Origin: Methanobacterium sp.
GTDB taxonomy: Archaea; Methanobacteriota; Methanobacteria; Methanobacteriales; Methanobacteriaceae
Direction of reading: 5' to 3'
Length of the DNA: 11,002 nucleotides
NCBI GenBank assembly: GCA_003166335.1
Contig: PMWA01000025.1
Span: 1-11,002 of the forward strand
This document shows, in pieces, positions 8,309 through 11,002 of this stretch. The stretch's first letter is position 1. Each line of letters starts with the position of its first letter. Both the position numbers and the translations under genes were made by a program. The notes below the pieces were generated by a model, which had not been told where the DNA came from, made no database searches, and worked only from the letters and a program-made list of their open reading frames with translations.

Positions 8309-8509
8309 ATGGGTGATTAAAAAAAACTTAATTTGATTTGAATTAAAGTGTTAAAAATTTCAACTTAATTTAACTATTAATAATGTATAATAAATTATTA
8401 AAATAAGTCGTTTAATGTCAAAATTGGTAAAGTTTTAGTCAAGTTTTTCGTAGGGACTAATAAGTATGAAGTATCTAATTATAAATTTGCCCATAGGAGG
8501 AATATTGAA

Positions 8510-9235
8510 ATGGGAAAACGGTTAATAATTCAAAGGAGAGGAAGAGGAACTCCGACTTATAGGAGTGCATCACACAGATTTAAAGGTAAAATTGCCTATA
8601 GATCATATGATGAAATAGAAAAAGAAGGCAGTATCAAGGGAAAAGTAGTTGATATAGTACATGATCCTGGAAGAAGCGCCCCATTAGCTATGGTAAAGTT
8701 TGAAAATAATGAAAAAAGACTTATTTTAGCACCTGAAAGCATAAAAATTAATGATGATATCGTTTGCGGAATTTCAGCACCAATAAGCCCTGGGAATTCA
8801 TTACCATTGGCTGAAATTCCAGAAGGCACTCCTCTTTATAACTTAGAGAAATATCCAGGAGACGGTGGTAGATTCGTCAGAGCTTCTGGAACTTACGCTT
8901 CTTTAATCACACACGACGTTGGTAAAGCCATTGTAGAATTACCATCTGGTGAATTAAAGGCATTCAACCCCCTCTGCAGAGCTACTGTAGGTGTAGTTGC
9001 AGGTGGTGGAAGAAAAGAGAAACCATTCCTTAAAGCAGGGAACAGACACTACGCCACTAAAGCTAAAGGTATAAAGAGCGTTGGTGTGAGAGGAGTGGCC
9101 ATGAATGCAGTGGATCACCCCCACGGAGGTGGGAACAGGCAGCATCCTGGAAAACCAACCACGGTATCCAGACATGCACCAGCAGGTAGAAAAGTGGGTT
9201 CCATTGCAGCTAAGAGGACCGGTAAAAGGAGATAA
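8510..9235 (+). CDS. rpl2: 50S ribosomal protein L2 (uL2)
   Basis: MGKRLIIQRRGRG, HDPGRSAP and VRGVAMNAVDHPHGGG motifs; SD AGGAGG at 8495-8500. Confidence 0.98.
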   Translation: MGKRLIIQRRGRGTPTYRSASHRFKGKIAYRSYDEIEKEGSIKGKVVDIVHDPGRSAPLAMVKFENNEKRLILAPESIKINDDIVCGISAPISPGNSLPLAEIPEGTPLYNLEKYPGDGGRFVRASGTYASLITHDVGKAIVELPSGELKAFNPLCRATVGVVAGGGRKEKPFLKAGNRHYATKAKGIKSVGVRGVAMNAVDHPHGGGNRQHPGKPTTVSRHAPAGRKVGSIAAKRTGKRR

Positions 9236-9374
9236 TTTCAACATAGATAAATTCCGAAATTCCTTAAATATATCTTAAGATCTAAAATAAGGGAATTAAA
9301 AGGAACTTTAAACAGAGAATTTTAAATAAATTAGTATTAAAGGAAAAAAAGATTATAACAAAGGAGGAGACTAA

Positions 9375-9785
9375 TTGGCTAGAAAAGAATTTAATTATCG
9401 CGGTTATACGCTAAAAGAATTACAGCAGATGCCACTGGATAATGTAATCCAGCTATTCCCATCCAGACAGAAAAGATCCCTGAAAAAAGGATTTCTTCCT
9501 CGGCAGAAAAAGGTTTTAGAAAAAATAAGAAAGATTAAAAAAATGGGAAATCAAGGTGGAAAACCTCAAATAATCAGGACTCATTGTCGGGATATGATAG
9601 TCCTCCCCGAAATGGTGGGAATGACATTTGGAATTTACAATGGCAAAGAATTTGTGGAAGTTAACATCCAACCCGAGATGATTGGCAGTTACTTCGGTGA
9701 ATTTTCAGTAACCAGACAAAGAGTTCAGCACGGAGATCCAGGTATGGGTGCAACTAGGTCGTCCATGTTCGTGCCTCTTAAATAA
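9375..9785 (+). CDS. rps19: 30S ribosomal protein S19 (uS19), TTG start
   Basis: [40 protein letters not shown] motifs; SD AGGAGG upstream of a TTG. Confidence 0.97.
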   Translation: MARKEFNYRGYTLKELQQMPLDNVIQLFPSRQKRSLKKGFLPRQKKVLEKIRKIKKMGNQGGKPQIIRTHCRDMIVLPEMVGMTFGIYNGKEFVEVNIQPEMIGSYFGEFSVTRQRVQHGDPGMGATRSSMFVPLK

Positions 9786-9798
9786 GGAGAAATTTAAC

Positions 9799-10263
9799 AT
9801 GGTTAAAATCAAATATGCTTACAATGAAGAGGATGAAGAAAAAATAGCAAAGTCGATTGGAAGATCCCTTAAAATATCTCCCAAGCACGCTGTTGAAATT
9901 TGCAATGCTATTAGGGGAATGGAACTGGCTGAGGCTAAAGATTATTTGGATGATGTAATTGAAATGAGAACACCAGTACCTTTTAAAAGACATAATAAGA
10001 AAGTAGGACACCGAAGAGGTCTTGAAGGGTGGCCTACTGGTAGATATCCAGTTAAAGCAGCCGCACATATATTAGATGTACTAATAAATGCTCAGGCCAA
10101 TGCGGAATACCAAGGATTGGACACTGAAAACTTGAAAATACAACACATATCCAGTCATAGGGGAATTATAATACGAGGATGGACTCCTCGTGCTTTTGGA
10201 AGAGCAAGTCCATTCAACACTCCAACCACCCATATACAAGTAGTACTAGAGGAGATTCAATGA
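9799..10263 (+). CDS. rpl22: 50S ribosomal protein L22 (uL22)
   Basis: [18 protein letters not shown] and PRAFGRASP motifs. The real start is ATG 9799 after SD AAGGAG, not the ORF-track start at 9748. Confidence 0.97.
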   Translation: MVKIKYAYNEEDEEKIAKSIGRSLKISPKHAVEICNAIRGMELAEAKDYLDDVIEMRTPVPFKRHNKKVGHRRGLEGWPTGRYPVKAAAHILDVLINAQANAEYQGLDTENLKIQHISSHRGIIIRGWTPRAFGRASPFNTPTTHIQVVLEEIQ

Positions 10264-11002
10264 TCGAAAAGGATTTTGTAACGGAAGGACTTAAAAGAAC
10301 AAGAATCGACGAATTTCTGCAGAAAGAACTCGAAAGAGCAGGGTATGGTGGAATGGAGATTCAAGTCACCCCATTGGGTACTATGGTCGTAGTTTATGCA
10401 GAACGTCCAGGTATGGTAATTGGAAGGGGAGGAAAAACCGTCCGTAACATCACCCAGAATCTTAAATTAAACTATGAATTAGAAAACCCTCAAGTAGAGG
10501 TTAAAGAGGTTGAAGTACCTGAATTAAATCCTAAAATAATGGCTCATAAAATTGCAGCCATGCTACAGAGAGGTATGCACTTCAGACGAGTAGCTTACAC
10601 TGCACTTAGGAGAATAATGGGTGCCGGAGCACAAGGTGTAGAAGTTACAATTTCTGGCAAAATTCGAGGCTCCAGATCCGCAGCTGCCAAGTTTAATGAT
10701 GGATATATTAAAAAATGTGGAGAACCCGCTACCCGATTTGTTAGGGAAGGATTTGCCACAGTTCAACTTAAACCCGGTGTTTTAGGGATTTATGTTAGAA
10801 TTATGCCTCCAGATATTGTTTTACCTGACAAAGTTGATATTTTAAAAGTTGAAATTGAAGAAACATCTGTTGATACTCTGGTAGAGAATATTGAGGAAGA
10901 ATCTACTAGCCCTGCTGCTGAGGAAGCCGAATTAGAGGAGTCTTCTGAAACTACAGAAATACTGGATGAAATCAATGAAGAATCTGAGGATGAATCAAAA
11001 GT
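10260..11002 (+). CDS. rps3: 30S ribosomal protein S3 (uS3), 3' end beyond the window
   Basis: My translation gives [31 protein letters not shown]...[11 protein letters not shown]...[10 protein letters not shown]...[12 protein letters not shown]...[12 protein letters not shown], open to the window end. ATGA overlap with the rpl22 stop. It is absent from the ORF track, probably because there is no stop in the window. Confidence 0.97.
   Translation, partial: MIEKDFVTEGLKRTRIDEFLQKELERAGYGGMEIQVTPLGTMVVVYAERPGMVIGRGGKTVRNITQNLKLNYELENPQVEVKEVEVPELNPKIMAHKIAAMLQRGMHFRRVAYTALRRIMGAGAQGVEVTISGKIRGSRSAAAKFNDGYIKKCGEPATRFVREGFATVQLKPGVLGIYVRIMPPDIVLPDKVDILKVEIEETSVDTLVENIEEESTSPAAEEAELEESSETTEILDEINEESEDESK

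Noticed and set aside
9748..9798. N-terminal extension of rpl22 overlapping rps19
   Set aside because: A GTG start inside rps19; the SD-preceded ATG at 9799 gives a normal uL22.
1254..10975. Antisense ORFs in the track (1254-1442, 2305-2496, 3307-3510, 3632-3997, 4560-4775, 6420-6635, 7655-7984, 8596-8829, 8954-9244, 9778-10068, 10563-10766, 10790-10975)
   Set aside because: All lie opposite well-conserved genes and show no recognisable motifs; they are shadow ORFs.

Overview
AT-rich archaeal housekeeping region whose gene content, order and protein sequences fit a Methanobacteriales methanogen (Methanobacterium-like). In order: the 3' end of an MJ0158-type PLP-dependent enzyme; an rtcA (RNA 3'-terminal phosphate cyclase) pseudogene with two in-frame stops and two +1 frameshifts; a minus-strand pycA-birA pair (pyruvate carboxylase subunit A, biotin ligase); a METTL5-family methyltransferase; a SPOUT/DUF171 RNA methyltransferase; and the start of the ribosomal protein operon (rpl3, rpl4, rpl23, rpl2, rps19, rpl22, and rps3, which runs off the window and is absent from the ORF track). 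I see no mobile element, CRISPR array or RNA gene, and no clearly new multi-gene system. The most interesting observations are a natural Arg-to-Ser change in the BirA GRGRxG loop at the position equivalent to E. coli R118 (the BioID/TurboID position), the decayed rtcA with hints of wider erosion, a 17-bp duplication of the SPOUT gene end just upstream of rpl3, and long, self-complementary spacers between ribosomal protein genes. All assignments come from motif recognition by eye; no searches were run.
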